Assembly (NCBI GenBank): GCA_016182915.1 | Contig: JACPFP010000003.1 | Location: forward strand, 315,685 to 379,684 | Length of the DNA: 64,000 bases | Origin: Candidatus Dojkabacteria bacterium | GTDB lineage: Bacteria; Patescibacteriota; Dojkabacteria; SC72 | Reading direction: 5' to 3' | In this document: positions 55,769 through 64,000 of the stretch, piece by piece | How the letters are laid out: each line of letters begins with the position of its first letter | How positions within the stretch are numbered: position 1 is the first letter of the stretch | The notes under the pieces: generated by a model | What the model was told of the DNA's origin: nothing | The model's input: only the letters and a program-made list of their open reading frames with translations | Databases searched by the model: none | Made by a program: the position numbers and the translations under genes

Positions 55769-56380
55769 TTATCTAGAGTAGAACTCAATAATCAAGTTCT
55801 CTTTAATACCTTCATCAATGTCATCTCTGACAGGTTCTCTTAATACTTTACCCTTACTCTTATTTGTCTCTAACCACATTGGAGTTTTAACTAAAACTTC
55901 AACTGGTGCGAGTTTAAGATTCTTTAGTTCTACAATGTCTCCAACTTTCACCTGTGCTGAAGGTACGTTTAATACTTTTCCGTTTACCAAAACATGCTTA
56001 TGTGTAACATACTGTCTTGCTGCATTCTTTGATGTTGCAAAACCTAATGCGTAGAGTACGTTATCAAGTCTCATTTCCAAGAACTTAAGAAGCTCGAGTC
56101 CTCTATCAGTATTTCTTACTCTTGAGATTCTTGTTGCCTCATCTACTAAGTTCTTAAACTGTCTCTCTCTTAATCCATACATTCTCTTAACTTTCTGCTT
56201 CTCTCTTAACTGAACACCGTAGTTTGAAAGTCTAGTTTTCTTTGCATTTCCATGCTGACCTGGTGCATATGGCTTCTTCACTGATCCTGCCTTCTGTGAG
56301 AATGACCTTGCTCCCTTTAGGAATAGGTTGATTCCCTCTCTTCTACTTAACTTTTCTTTCGGTCCTGTATATCTTCCCAT
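55769..56380 (-). CDS. rpsD: 30S ribosomal protein S4
   Basis: MGRYTGPKEKLSRREG N-terminus, S4 RNA-binding domain. Confidence 0.9.
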   Translation of the reverse strand: MGRYTGPKEKLSRREGINLFLKGARSFSQKAGSVKKPYAPGQHGNAKKTRLSNYGVQLREKQKVKRMYGLRERQFKNLVDEATRISRVRNTDRGLELLKFLEMRLDNVLYALGFATSKNAARQYVTHKHVLVNGKVLNVPSAQVKVGDIVELKNLKLAPVEVLVKTPMWLETNKSKGKVLREPVRDDIDEGIKENLIIEFYSR

Positions 56381-56397
56381 TATTTATAATATAAATG

Positions 56398-56796
56398 TTA
56401 TTTTCTTGGTAATTTTCTAGGTCTGCATCCGTTATGAGGTAGTGGAGTCTTGTCTATAAGCTGAGTAATTTTGATACCAACTGAGTCCAATCCCTTAATT
56501 GTTGCATTTCTACCTGCTCCAGGTCCTTTTATAATAGCTTTAGCTTCTTTCAAACCAAATCTCTTAACAGCAATCTCTCCAGCATGCATAGCTGCTTTTG
56601 TCGCCGCAAATGCTGTGCTTCTCTTAGATCCTTTAAATCCAACAACTGCGGGAGATCCTTGAACTAACAGTTCACCATTCTCATCACAGATGGAGATAAT
56701 TGTATTATTAAATGTAGTCTGAATGCTTACAACCCCCGTCTGTACACTTTTCTTTTTTGCCGTCTTCTTTGTTTTTGTATTAGCTGTAGTTGCCAT
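56398..56796 (-). CDS. rpsK: 30S ribosomal protein S11
   Basis: Conserved S11 core (TFNNTIISICD..., GPGAGRNATIKGL). Confidence 0.9.
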   Translation of the reverse strand: MATTANTKTKKTAKKKSVQTGVVSIQTTFNNTIISICDENGELLVQGSPAVVGFKGSKRSTAFAATKAAMHAGEIAVKRFGLKEAKAIIKGPGAGRNATIKGLDSVGIKITQLIDKTPLPHNGCRPRKLPRK

Positions 56797-56812
56797 TGTT
56801 TATAATATTACT

Positions 56813-57196
56813 TTAAGTTTTTTCTAGCTTATGTTTCAATCCACCAACTGGCTGTGCCTTACCTTTTCTGGTATGAGCATTATGCCTTGTTCTCTGGCCT
56901 CTTACTGGAAGTCCAACCTTATGTCTTAATCCCCTGTAACTTCTGATATCTTTTAATCTCTTAATGTCTCTAAATATCTTTTGTTTGAGTTCTCCTTCAA
57001 CGGGATAGTTCTCTTCAACATATTTTCTCAACTGATCCATTTGAACTGCACTTAGCTCTCCAAGTTTCATATCTTCTTTGAGTTTTAGTACCTCAACAAC
57101 CTTTTTTGCAGTTATAACTCCAACACCATAGATATTAGTAAGGGAGACCCATATCTTCTTATTATCTGGTATTTCAATTCCTGCTATTCTTGCCAT
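56813..57196 (-). CDS. rpsM: 30S ribosomal protein S13
   Basis: MARIAGIEIPDNKKI N-terminus. Confidence 0.9.
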   Translation of the reverse strand: MARIAGIEIPDNKKIWVSLTNIYGVGVITAKKVVEVLKLKEDMKLGELSAVQMDQLRKYVEENYPVEGELKQKIFRDIKRLKDIRSYRGLRHKVGLPVRGQRTRHNAHTRKGKAQPVGGLKHKLEKT

Positions 57197-57213
57197 TCAA
57201 AAGTATATATAAA

Positions 57214-57330
57214 TTAACCTTGTCTTTGCTTATGATTTGCGTTCTTTTTGCAATACACATATACACGACCTTTTCTCTTCGTTATGTAACAGTCTGCACA
57301 TCTTTTTTTTACTGAGGCCTGTACTTTCAT
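57214..57330 (-). CDS. rpmJ: 50S ribosomal protein L36 (38 aa), absent from ORF track
   Basis: Manual translation [38 protein letters not shown] with C-x2-C...C...H zinc-ribbon pattern; sits between infA and rpsM as expected. Confidence 0.85.
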   Translation of the reverse strand: MKVQASVKKRCADCYITKRKGRVYVYCKKNANHKQRQG

Positions 57331-57331
57331 T

Positions 57332-57565
57332 TTATTTCTCTCTATATGTTATTCTTCCTTGTTTAGGGTCATAAGGTGTAATCTCTATCTTTACCTTATC
57401 TCCTTCAAGTATTCTAATGTAATGCATTCTCATCTTTCCCGATAGGTATCCGACAATTTCATGTTTCTGACCGTTAACTTCTACCTCTACAATGAACTTT
57501 GTATCGGGTAAACACTCCTTAACTACTCCATTTAACTCAATAACGTTACCTTCTTTACTTGCCAT
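57332..57565 (-). CDS. infA: Translation initiation factor IF-1
   Basis: 77 aa S1-like OB fold, [44 protein letters not shown]. Confidence 0.9.
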   Translation of the reverse strand: MASKEGNVIELNGVVKECLPDTKFIVEVEVNGQKHEIVGYLSGKMRMHYIRILEGDKVKIEITPYDPKQGRITYREK

Positions 57566-57629
57566 AAATAGTTGCTATCAGAATAAGATAAATCCTTCGG
57601 ATTATATCAAAGAGTAACTTATGTTGCAA

Positions 57630-58367
57630 TTACCATTTGGTTAAAATCCTTGGATTATCATCCACAACTACCGTATGCTCAAATAGTGCTGAAAGCATAC
57701 CATCTTTTGTCGAAGCTGTCCACCCATCTTTCCTAGAAATTTTAATTTCTGGGCGGCCTTGATTTATAATAGCTTCAATAGCAATTGTCTGGCCTTTATA
57801 GAGCTTTTCTCCGTCCCCTTTTCTTCCGTAACCTGGAATATATGGTTCTTCATGGAGTTCATATCCAACACCGTGTCCAACCATCTCTTTTACAACTGAA
57901 TATCCCTCTTTTTCAACGGTTGTCTGCATTGCATACCCAATATCTCCTACAGTATTACCAGGTTTAGCTTGCTTAATTCCGTTTAAAACAGCCTGTTTTG
58001 TTGTTTCAAGAAACTTTTTAACTTCATCACTAACCTCTCCAATAGTTACAGTTACTGCACAGTCGGAGTATACACTCTGATATTTAACCCCCATATCAAT
58101 TCCTAGTATGTCACCATTTTTAAGTTCATAATCGTAGGGAATACCATGATTTACAACATCATTAACACCTAGGCAAAGGGCTGCTGGGTATCCCTCATAA
58201 CCCTTAAATGCAGGTTTTACCTTATACTGCCTACATAGCTGAATTGCTAAATCTTCAAGTTCTAGAAGGTTTACACCTTCAACAGAAGCATCAGATATCT
58301 CCCTTAGTATTGGAGAGAGTATGTCTGCGGCTTCTTTCATTCTTTTTATCTTTACTTTATCTTCCAT
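57630..58367 (-). CDS. map: Methionine aminopeptidase type I
   Basis: Pita-bread fold metal ligands (D...D...H...E...E), 245 aa. Confidence 0.9.
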   Translation of the reverse strand: MEDKVKIKRMKEAADILSPILREISDASVEGVNLLELEDLAIQLCRQYKVKPAFKGYEGYPAALCLGVNDVVNHGIPYDYELKNGDILGIDMGVKYQSVYSDCAVTVTIGEVSDEVKKFLETTKQAVLNGIKQAKPGNTVGDIGYAMQTTVEKEGYSVVKEMVGHGVGYELHEEPYIPGYGRKGDGEKLYKGQTIAIEAIINQGRPEIKISRKDGWTASTKDGMLSALFEHTVVVDDNPRILTKW

Positions 58368-59019
58368 TTGTAAATTCTAAATTTTTTAATACCACCTCAT
58401 GTATCTCTTCAATTGAAGGAGATGCATCTATTTCAAGAAGGATTCCTCTCTTCTTATATTCTTCTCTCCAAGGCTCTATGGTTTGAGCATACTGTTCAAA
58501 CCTCTTTTTTATACTCTCTGGTTTGTCATCTTCTCTAACCTCAAGATTACTCCCGCAAAGGTCACAAATACCCTCAACCCTTTCAGGTTTGAACTTAGGA
58601 TGGAATGTCCCTTGGCACTTAGGACATACTTTACGATTAGCAAGTCTTTCGAGCGCCTCTTCTTCTGTAAGAGTGAAATGGACAACTTTATCTAACTTTC
58701 TACCAACTTTCTCCAAAACCTTATCTAGATATGGAATTTGCTCTGGATATCTCGCAACAGAAACAAGTATCCAGTCCTTATTAGGGTCAAATCTTTTCAC
58801 CCAAGTCTCAAACATAGTGTATGTCTCTTCCGGATTTGGCCATATCCCTTTTTCAACTTTCTCTCTAAAGACCCTAACCGCATATGGATCTTTATCCTCC
58901 TTCATCCTCCTCATCATCTCCCCTGTAGCAATTCTCTCTACGTCGAACTTCTCTAATATCTTTTCAACCTGAGTATCTTTTCCCGCCCCTGCTTGTCCAT
59001 GAAAGAGGTATGTCTTCAT
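58357..59019 (-). CDS. adk: Adenylate kinase (Zn-binding LID type)
   Basis: P-loop GQAGAGKDTQ, LID with CPKC...CDLCGS. Confidence 0.9.
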   Translation of the reverse strand: MKTYLFHGQAGAGKDTQVEKILEKFDVERIATGEMMRRMKEDKDPYAVRVFREKVEKGIWPNPEETYTMFETWVKRFDPNKDWILVSVARYPEQIPYLDKVLEKVGRKLDKVVHFTLTEEEALERLANRKVCPKCQGTFHPKFKPERVEGICDLCGSNLEVREDDKPESIKKRFEQYAQTIEPWREEYKKRGILLEIDASPSIEEIHEVVLKNLEFTNGR

Positions 59020-59063
59020 AATGTAAATATGAAAAATTATTTACGAGAGTACCTAATGGGTAA

Positions 59064-60332
59064 TTATATATACCTACCGTAATCTTTTACAACAGCCATA
59101 GACTTAAGTTTTCGTCTTATATCTAAGACTACACCTACCATAATTAGCATTCCAGTTCCTGTAATTAGGGACTGAGTGATAATTCCTGTAGCAAGAAGAA
59201 CGTTAGGAAGAACAGAGAGGAGAGCAAGAATACCTGCTCCAACAGCTGTTAATCTGAATGATATATTTCTTAGATACTTGGATGTTGATTTTCCTGGTCT
59301 AATTCCCTGTATAAATCCTCCATTCTTCTGTAGGTTCTCAGATATTTCATCGGTATTAAACACAACTGTTACATAAAAGAAGGAGAAGAGGATTACAAAT
59401 ACAAAAATTCCAATATTTTGTGCATATGGATTACCTAGGAAACTGATGATGTTTGTTGAAATGAGATTTACACTATCATTTATATTCCTACTCAAAAGGA
59501 ATCTTGCGATTAGATCTGGGAAGGACATAAGTGATATTGCAAAGATTACCGGCATAACTCCAGATTGGGTGAGTTTGAGGGGTATGTAACTTTCCGCAGA
59601 GCCTACAGAGCGCACCCTCCTTGAGTACTGTACCTTCACCCTTCTTTCCGCCTCTGTTATAAGGACAACGGTTGCTACTAAAAGAAGGTTTAAGAGTATG
59701 AACACAACCTTCTGAGTGACGTCCATAATTTGAAGGTTATTGGTTAACGCTCCTGGTATTCCGGCCAGGATACCTAGAAAGATAATATATGAACTTCCGT
59801 TACCTAGACCGCTCTCTGAAACAAGTTCTCCTAACCACATAATTACGATTGAACCCGCAGTTAGAGTTGCGGACATCGCAATTAATTCCATAGGTTCGAG
59901 CACTGGCATTAGGTTGAATCCTCTAAGGGTTGAGTAGATGATAAAAGATTGGAGGATGGCAAGAGGTACCGTTAACCATCTTGTATACATACTAATAAGT
60001 CTCCTTCCGTTTGATCCTTCTTTCTTAAGCTCATCAAGTTTTGGGATAACAGGGGTTAGAAGTTGAAGGGTTATAGATGCGTTAATATAAGGGGTTAAGC
60101 CGATTGCGGCAATCGAGGCGGTTTCAAGGACACCACCTGAAATCGTTGAGAGGAGATCTCCAAAGCTACTTCCCGAAAAGAGGGTTGCAATAGCGTTTGC
60201 AGGAATTCCAACAACAGGAATCGCAGCAAGAACTCTAAATACAACAAGTATTAATACTGAAAAGAATATCTTTTTTCTTATGTCTTCTGTCCTCAGATAG
60301 AGGCGGAGAGTATTGAGTATATGTTTAAACAT
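59064..60332 (-). CDS. secY: Preprotein translocase subunit SecY
   Basis: 10 TM helices, conserved SecY blocks, position between rplO and adk. Confidence 0.9.
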   Translation of the reverse strand: MFKHILNTLRLYLRTEDIRKKIFFSVLILVVFRVLAAIPVVGIPANAIATLFSGSSFGDLLSTISGGVLETASIAAIGLTPYINASITLQLLTPVIPKLDELKKEGSNGRRLISMYTRWLTVPLAILQSFIIYSTLRGFNLMPVLEPMELIAMSATLTAGSIVIMWLGELVSESGLGNGSSYIIFLGILAGIPGALTNNLQIMDVTQKVVFILLNLLLVATVVLITEAERRVKVQYSRRVRSVGSAESYIPLKLTQSGVMPVIFAISLMSFPDLIARFLLSRNINDSVNLISTNIISFLGNPYAQNIGIFVFVILFSFFYVTVVFNTDEISENLQKNGGFIQGIRPGKSTSKYLRNISFRLTAVGAGILALLSVLPNVLLATGIITQSLITGTGMLIMVGVVLDIRRKLKSMAVVKDYGRYI

Positions 60333-60341
60333 AGTAAATGT

Positions 60342-60782
60342 TTATTTAATAGAACCGCCTGCTTTTTCAATCTTACTCTTAGCAGTTTCGGAAATCTTCA
60401 AACTTTCAAATGTAATCTTCTTTGTTATCTCTCCTACACCTAAAATTTTAACAAGGCTAGTAGTTTTCTTTATAAGGTTCTTATCTTTCAAAGTCTCTAG
60501 ATTTACTGTATCTCCTACCTCATACTCTTCTTCAATAACATTGAGGTTTACGGGCTGATATTTATCTGCTCTACTCTTAAAGCCCTTGAATTTTGGAATC
60601 CTACTAAAGAATGGTCTATTACCACCCTCGAAGAATACTGTAGATTTATGTCCTGATCTAGACTTCTGACCTTTGGTACCTCTACCAACAGTGTGTCCAC
60701 CTACTCCGGATCCATATCCTCTACCAATTCTCTTGGTTGCGAGTGTTCTATTATTTCTTTTTGGAAGTGTTTCCAGTTGCAT
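60342..60782 (-). CDS. rplO: 50S ribosomal protein L15
   Basis: G-rich N-terminus KRIGRGYGSGVGGHTVGRGTKGQKSRSG. Confidence 0.85.
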   Translation of the reverse strand: MQLETLPKRNNRTLATKRIGRGYGSGVGGHTVGRGTKGQKSRSGHKSTVFFEGGNRPFFSRIPKFKGFKSRADKYQPVNLNVIEEEYEVGDTVNLETLKDKNLIKKTTSLVKILGVGEITKKITFESLKISETAKSKIEKAGGSIK

Positions 60783-61380
60783 ATCTTCTACCTCTCATAT
60801 TAACTTGTTTATTATCTGCCTTCTTATTCTTTCTAATTTTTGCTTCTTTTACTTTTCTTTCTGCATCCATCTTCTCCTTCAATCCGATTCTCTCCTGCAT
60901 TATTTTCATTTTCTTTAAAACCCTGTCCTTTTTAAGTCCCATTAGGGCCTCAAAAGTACAGTATGTGTTAGCTATGATATCATTTGATCCTAACTGTTTA
61001 CAGTACACGTTGTTAATACCTGCCATCTCAAGAACAATTCTAGATGCAGAGCCAGCAATTATACCTGTACCTGGCTTTGCAGGTCTTAGAAGGACCTGAG
61101 CTGCACCAAACTTTGTTCTAATCTCATGTGGGATAGTATCCCCGATTACTTCAATCTTTCTCATATTCTTCACTGCTCGCTTCTCAGCTTTATCCATTGC
61201 GCTTCTTGTATCAACTCCTCTTCCTAGTGCAATTCCAACAGAACCGTTCTTATCTCCAACTACAACCATTGCAGAGAATCTAAGTCTCTTTCCACCGGCT
61301 GTAACTTTAGCAACTCTCCTGATAGTTACTGCTCGCTTCTCGTAATTCTTCTGTTCTTGTCTATCGTTTCTTCTATCCAT
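60751..61380 (-). CDS. rpsE: 30S ribosomal protein S5 with K-rich C-terminal extension overlapping rplO start
   Basis: VTIRRVAKVTAGGKRLRFSAMVVVGDKNGSVG S5 core; no rpmD (L30) between rpsE and rplO. Confidence 0.85.
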   Translation of the reverse strand: MDRRNDRQEQKNYEKRAVTIRRVAKVTAGGKRLRFSAMVVVGDKNGSVGIALGRGVDTRSAMDKAEKRAVKNMRKIEVIGDTIPHEIRTKFGAAQVLLRPAKPGTGIIAGSASRIVLEMAGINNVYCKQLGSNDIIANTYCTFEALMGLKKDRVLKKMKIMQERIGLKEKMDAERKVKEAKIRKNKKADNKQVNMRGRRYATGNTSKKK

Positions 61381-61395
61381 CTATCTATAATATAA

Positions 61396-61725
61396 CTAGA
61401 TTTTAATTCCACTTTTTCTTAAACTTTCAACAAACTTCGCTATAATACCATGAAATTGGTATCCACTTCTATCAAATACTGCGGTTTCGACCTTTTTCTT
61501 TTTCATATCCTGGGCAAGTTTTGAACCAAGTACTTCAACATCCTTTGTTGTTCTCTTTGCTCTTCCTCCAAGAACGACAACTCCTGAGTTATCATCTGCA
61601 ACCCCTACATGTAGGTATCGGTTACTCTTGAATACAAAAACCCTAGGTTTCTCACTAGAACCGTTTACATTCTTTCTTACTCTTATTTTTCTTCTTATTC
61701 TGTTTTCTTTCTTAGTGTTTGCCAT
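61396..61725 (-). CDS. rplR: 50S ribosomal protein L18
   Basis: Conserved L18 core, 109 aa. Confidence 0.85.
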   Translation of the reverse strand: MANTKKENRIRRKIRVRKNVNGSSEKPRVFVFKSNRYLHVGVADDNSGVVVLGGRAKRTTKDVEVLGSKLAQDMKKKKVETAVFDRSGYQFHGIIAKFVESLRKSGIKI

Positions 61726-61739
61726 ATTTATTTCTTCTA

Positions 61740-62303
61740 TTATTTACTTGATGCTGCAGATTTTGCACTCTTCTTCTTAACATACTCACCCTCGTATCTA
61801 ATTCCTTTACCCTTATATGGCTCTGGCTTTCTTATCTCTCTAATCTTTGCTGCAGTCTCTCCAACCTTCTGTTTATCTGCTCCGCTTACTATAATGGTTG
61901 TCTCATCAGGAGCCTCAATTGTAATACCCTCAGGTGCTACAACCTCAACTGGGTGGTTCCATCCTAAAGTCATTACAAGTTTTGTTCCTTCCATTCTAAC
62001 TCTATATCCAACTCCTATTACTTCCATCTTCTTTTTAAATCCATTCTTAACTCCATTAACAATGTTTGCAACCAAAGCTCTAAAGGTTCCATGTAGTGAC
62101 TTTGTTGGCTTCTCTTCGTTCTTTCTTGTGAGAAAGAGTTGGTTTTCCTTCTGCTCAATCTCAATATTTATTGGGAGGGTTGTTGAGAGCTCACCCTTTG
62201 GTCCCTTTGCTGTTACATTTCTTCCTTCTATTGTTACTGTAACTCCATCTTCTATTGTAATTGGGTTATACCCTACCTTAGACATTCTATTACCAAATTT
62301 CAC
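61740..62303 (-). CDS. rplF: 50S ribosomal protein L6
   Basis: Two-domain L6, 187 aa. Confidence 0.9.
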   Translation of the reverse strand: MKFGNRMSKVGYNPITIEDGVTVTIEGRNVTAKGPKGELSTTLPINIEIEQKENQLFLTRKNEEKPTKSLHGTFRALVANIVNGVKNGFKKKMEVIGVGYRVRMEGTKLVMTLGWNHPVEVVAPEGITIEAPDETTIIVSGADKQKVGETAAKIREIRKPEPYKGKGIRYEGEYVKKKSAKSAASSK

Positions 62304-62673
62304 ATATTAATTCTCCACCAAGCTTTTTAGACTTAGCGAGGGCTCCTGACATAAGTCCTTGTGAGGTACTTATAATGCAGATTCCTCTACCATTCATTAC
62401 CGGTTTTATTTCATATGCAGGAACATACTTTCTTAAACCTGGCTTACTTACCCTTACAAACTTACTTACCGTTGGTTCTCCATCTTCCTCATATTTCAAT
62501 GTTACTACGATCATTCTATTCTCTCCTTCAACCGAATCAGTAATCATCTCTTCCTTTTTTAGGATCTTCAAGATAGCCTTAGTCATCTTTGTTACAGGAA
62601 CTTCAATTGTTTCCCTCTTTGCTGTTATTCCATTTTGTAATCTTGCCAATAGATCTGATACTGTATCGTTCAT
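62290..62673 (-). CDS. rpsH: 30S ribosomal protein S8
   Basis: Start set at ATG 62673 (MNDTVSDLLARLQNGI, canonical S8 N-terminus). Confidence 0.85.
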   Translation of the reverse strand: MNDTVSDLLARLQNGITAKRETIEVPVTKMTKAILKILKKEEMITDSVEGENRMIVVTLKYEEDGEPTVSKFVRVSKPGLRKYVPAYEIKPVMNGRGICIISTSQGLMSGALAKSKKLGGELICEIW

Positions 62674-62689
62674 ATTTCTAATTATTAAT

Positions 62690-62884
62690 TTACCAAATTG
62701 CTTTCTTAACACCAGGAATCTCACCATGGCTAGCTAACTTTCTAAAACAGATTCTACAAATCCCATAGTGTCTCAAGTATGCTCTCGCCCTACCACAATT
62801 CTGGCACCTGTTATACACCCTTGCGGAGTATTTTGACTTAACCTTTAACTTCTTCTCTTGTACTTCTTTAGCTCTTGTTGACAT
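62690..62884 (-). CDS. rpsZ: 30S ribosomal protein S14, type Z (zinc-binding)
   Basis: Start set at ATG 62884 (MSTRAKE...); C-x2-C...C-x2-C (CQNCGR...CRICFR) short S14 form. Confidence 0.85.
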   Translation of the reverse strand: MSTRAKEVQEKKLKVKSKYSARVYNRCQNCGRARAYLRHYGICRICFRKLASHGEIPGVKKAIW

Positions 62885-63422
62885 CCTTCCTGAATGGGAA
62901 TCCAAATTTATCTAATAATGCTCGTGCCATTTTATCATCTTTTGTACTTGTTACAATGGTAATCTGTAGTGGTCTAATCTTCTGAACCTTGTTTGCATCA
63001 ATTTCTGGGAAAACTGTATGCTCTGTAACTCCAACGGAATAGTTACCTGCTCCATCAAAAGCCTTAGGGTTTACACCTCTGAAGTCCTTTGTTCTAGGGA
63101 AAACAACGTTAACAAGTTTATCAAAGAACTCCCACATTTTAGATCCTCTTAAGGTTACTGATACTCCAATTTCTAATCCTTCTCTAATTTTGAAAGCTGC
63201 AATAGCTTTCTTTGCTTTATTGATAACGGGCTTCTGACCTGAGATCAGAGAAAGAATCTCAACCATCTCCTCAATTGCATTACTATTTGTAACAGCTTCA
63301 CCGACACCAGAGTTAATAACGATCTTTGTTATAGTTGGGACAGCCATCACGTTGTCCAAGCTAAGCTCTTTCATCAACTCTTTTCTATATGTTTTATTGT
63401 ATAGATCTTGTAATCTTGTCAT
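62868..63422 (-). CDS. rplE: 50S ribosomal protein L5
   Basis: Conserved L5 core, 184 aa. Confidence 0.9.
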   Translation of the reverse strand: MTRLQDLYNKTYRKELMKELSLDNVMAVPTITKIVINSGVGEAVTNSNAIEEMVEILSLISGQKPVINKAKKAIAAFKIREGLEIGVSVTLRGSKMWEFFDKLVNVVFPRTKDFRGVNPKAFDGAGNYSVGVTEHTVFPEIDANKVQKIRPLQITIVTSTKDDKMARALLDKFGFPFRKDVNKS

Positions 63423-63424
63423 TA

Positions 63425-63805
63425 TTATTTACTCTTTTTAGTTACTTTCTTAGTTTTGGTCTCAACTTTCTTTGCTTCTACCTTTTTTTCAACCTTCACA
63501 TCTAAGCCCTTTCCGCATTTCTTACATACTCTTACATAGTTCTTTCCTTCTAGTTTCATTCCAACTCTTGTAGGTTTTCCACAGTGGGAACAGATAACTG
63601 TAACTTTAGATGCTGGCATTGGCCTTGTAACATCTACTATTTCAGATTTCTTTGTCTGTCCATCTCCTTTAATATGCTTTTTAAACATATTCAAACCTTC
63701 AACAAGTACCATTCTCTTTCTAGGGTTTACAGAAAGAACCTTCCCGCTCTTACTTGAGTCTTTTCCGTATAGAACTTTAACTGTATCTCCCTTTTTGATT
63801 TTCAT
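63425..63805 (-). CDS. rplX: 50S ribosomal protein L24 with C-terminal zinc-ribbon extension
   Basis: KOW motif KKGDTVKVLYGKDSSKSGKV; C-terminal CSHCGK...CKKCGK. Confidence 0.85.
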   Translation of the reverse strand: MKIKKGDTVKVLYGKDSSKSGKVLSVNPRKRMVLVEGLNMFKKHIKGDGQTKKSEIVDVTRPMPASKVTVICSHCGKPTRVGMKLEGKNYVRVCKKCGKGLDVKVEKKVEAKKVETKTKKVTKKSK

Positions 63806-64000
63806 TATAGTACTTCTGGTGCTAACGAAATTATTTTATCAAACCCCTTCTCTTTCAATTCTCTTGCCATTGGTCCAAACATTCTGGTTCCTTTTGGAGC
63901 TTTCTTAGCATCAATTATTACTGCTGCGTTATCTCCAAACCTAATGTATGATCCATCTTTTCTCTTCTGCTCTTTTGTTGTTCTAACAACAACTGCTTTT
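63805..64000 (-). CDS. rplN: 50S ribosomal protein L14 (partial, continues beyond window end)
   Basis: Manual translation of C-terminus ...[31 protein letters not shown]; stop overlaps rplX start (TAATG). Confidence 0.8.
   Translation of the reverse strand, partial: KAVVVRTTKEQKRKDGSYIRFGDNAAVIIDAKKAPKGTRMFGPMARELKEKGFDKIISLAPEVL

Noticed and set aside
53383-64000. Numerous 60-170-aa ORFs on the + strand across the ribosomal-protein cluster (e.g. 54729-55199, 58523-58972, 60737-61099, 61894-62310)
   Set aside because: All are antisense to highly conserved, unambiguous r-protein/secY/adk/map genes and show S/L/P-rich antisense-type composition.
1-64000. Searched for CRISPR arrays, transposases, integrases, phage genes and IS inverted repeats
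   Set aside because: None seen. The only recombination-type gene is the solo Cas4-like nuclease; there are no direct-repeat/spacer arrays, and no tRNA-adjacent integrase near tRNA-Pro or tRNA-Glu.

Overview
This 64 kb window looks like a small-genome, low-GC bacterium (roughly 35% GC by eye) with dense, mostly minus-strand housekeeping operons. Several features are reminiscent of a Candidate Phyla Radiation (CPR)/Patescibacteria or minimal Gram-positive-like lineage: no L30 gene between rpsE and rplO, a eukaryote/archaeal-type single-chain GlyRS, an archaeal-type UMP kinase, RNase Y/YmdB, a LiaF/PspC pair, and many membrane or surface proteins.

The 3' quarter (53.3-64 kb) is the ribosomal protein/translation supercluster on the minus strand: rplN, rplX, rplE, rpsZ, rpsH, rplF, rplR, rpsE, rplO, secY, adk, map, infA, rpmJ, rpsM, rpsK, rpsD, rpoA, rplQ, rplM, rpsI. 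Elsewhere there are serS, lysS, glyQS, miaA, trmD, tgt, queA, fmt, trxB, rny-ymdB, hup, two greA paralogs, a NOX-like ferric reductase, a Cas4-like nuclease, an MFS transporter and an ABC exporter.

The ORF track misses four non-coding RNA features: tRNA-Pro(GGG), tRNA-Glu(CUC), a bacterial type-A RNase P RNA (rnpB, overlapped by two spurious ORFs), and a T-box riboswitch leader upstream of lysS. It also misses the tiny rpmJ (L36) gene.

No CRISPR array, transposase, integrase or other mobile element was seen.

The most unusual items are:
- LysRS carries a C-terminal PTH2 (peptidyl-tRNA hydrolase 2)-like domain.
- Four paralogous small-protein genes of about 110 aa flank an MFS transporter as a duplicated two-gene cassette.
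- There is a second, extended adenylate-kinase paralog.
- A nucleotidyltransferase sits next to a large protein with an HEPN-like R-x4-H motif.
- A conserved extended -10 promoter motif (TGTGATAnnAT) recurs upstream of several genes.
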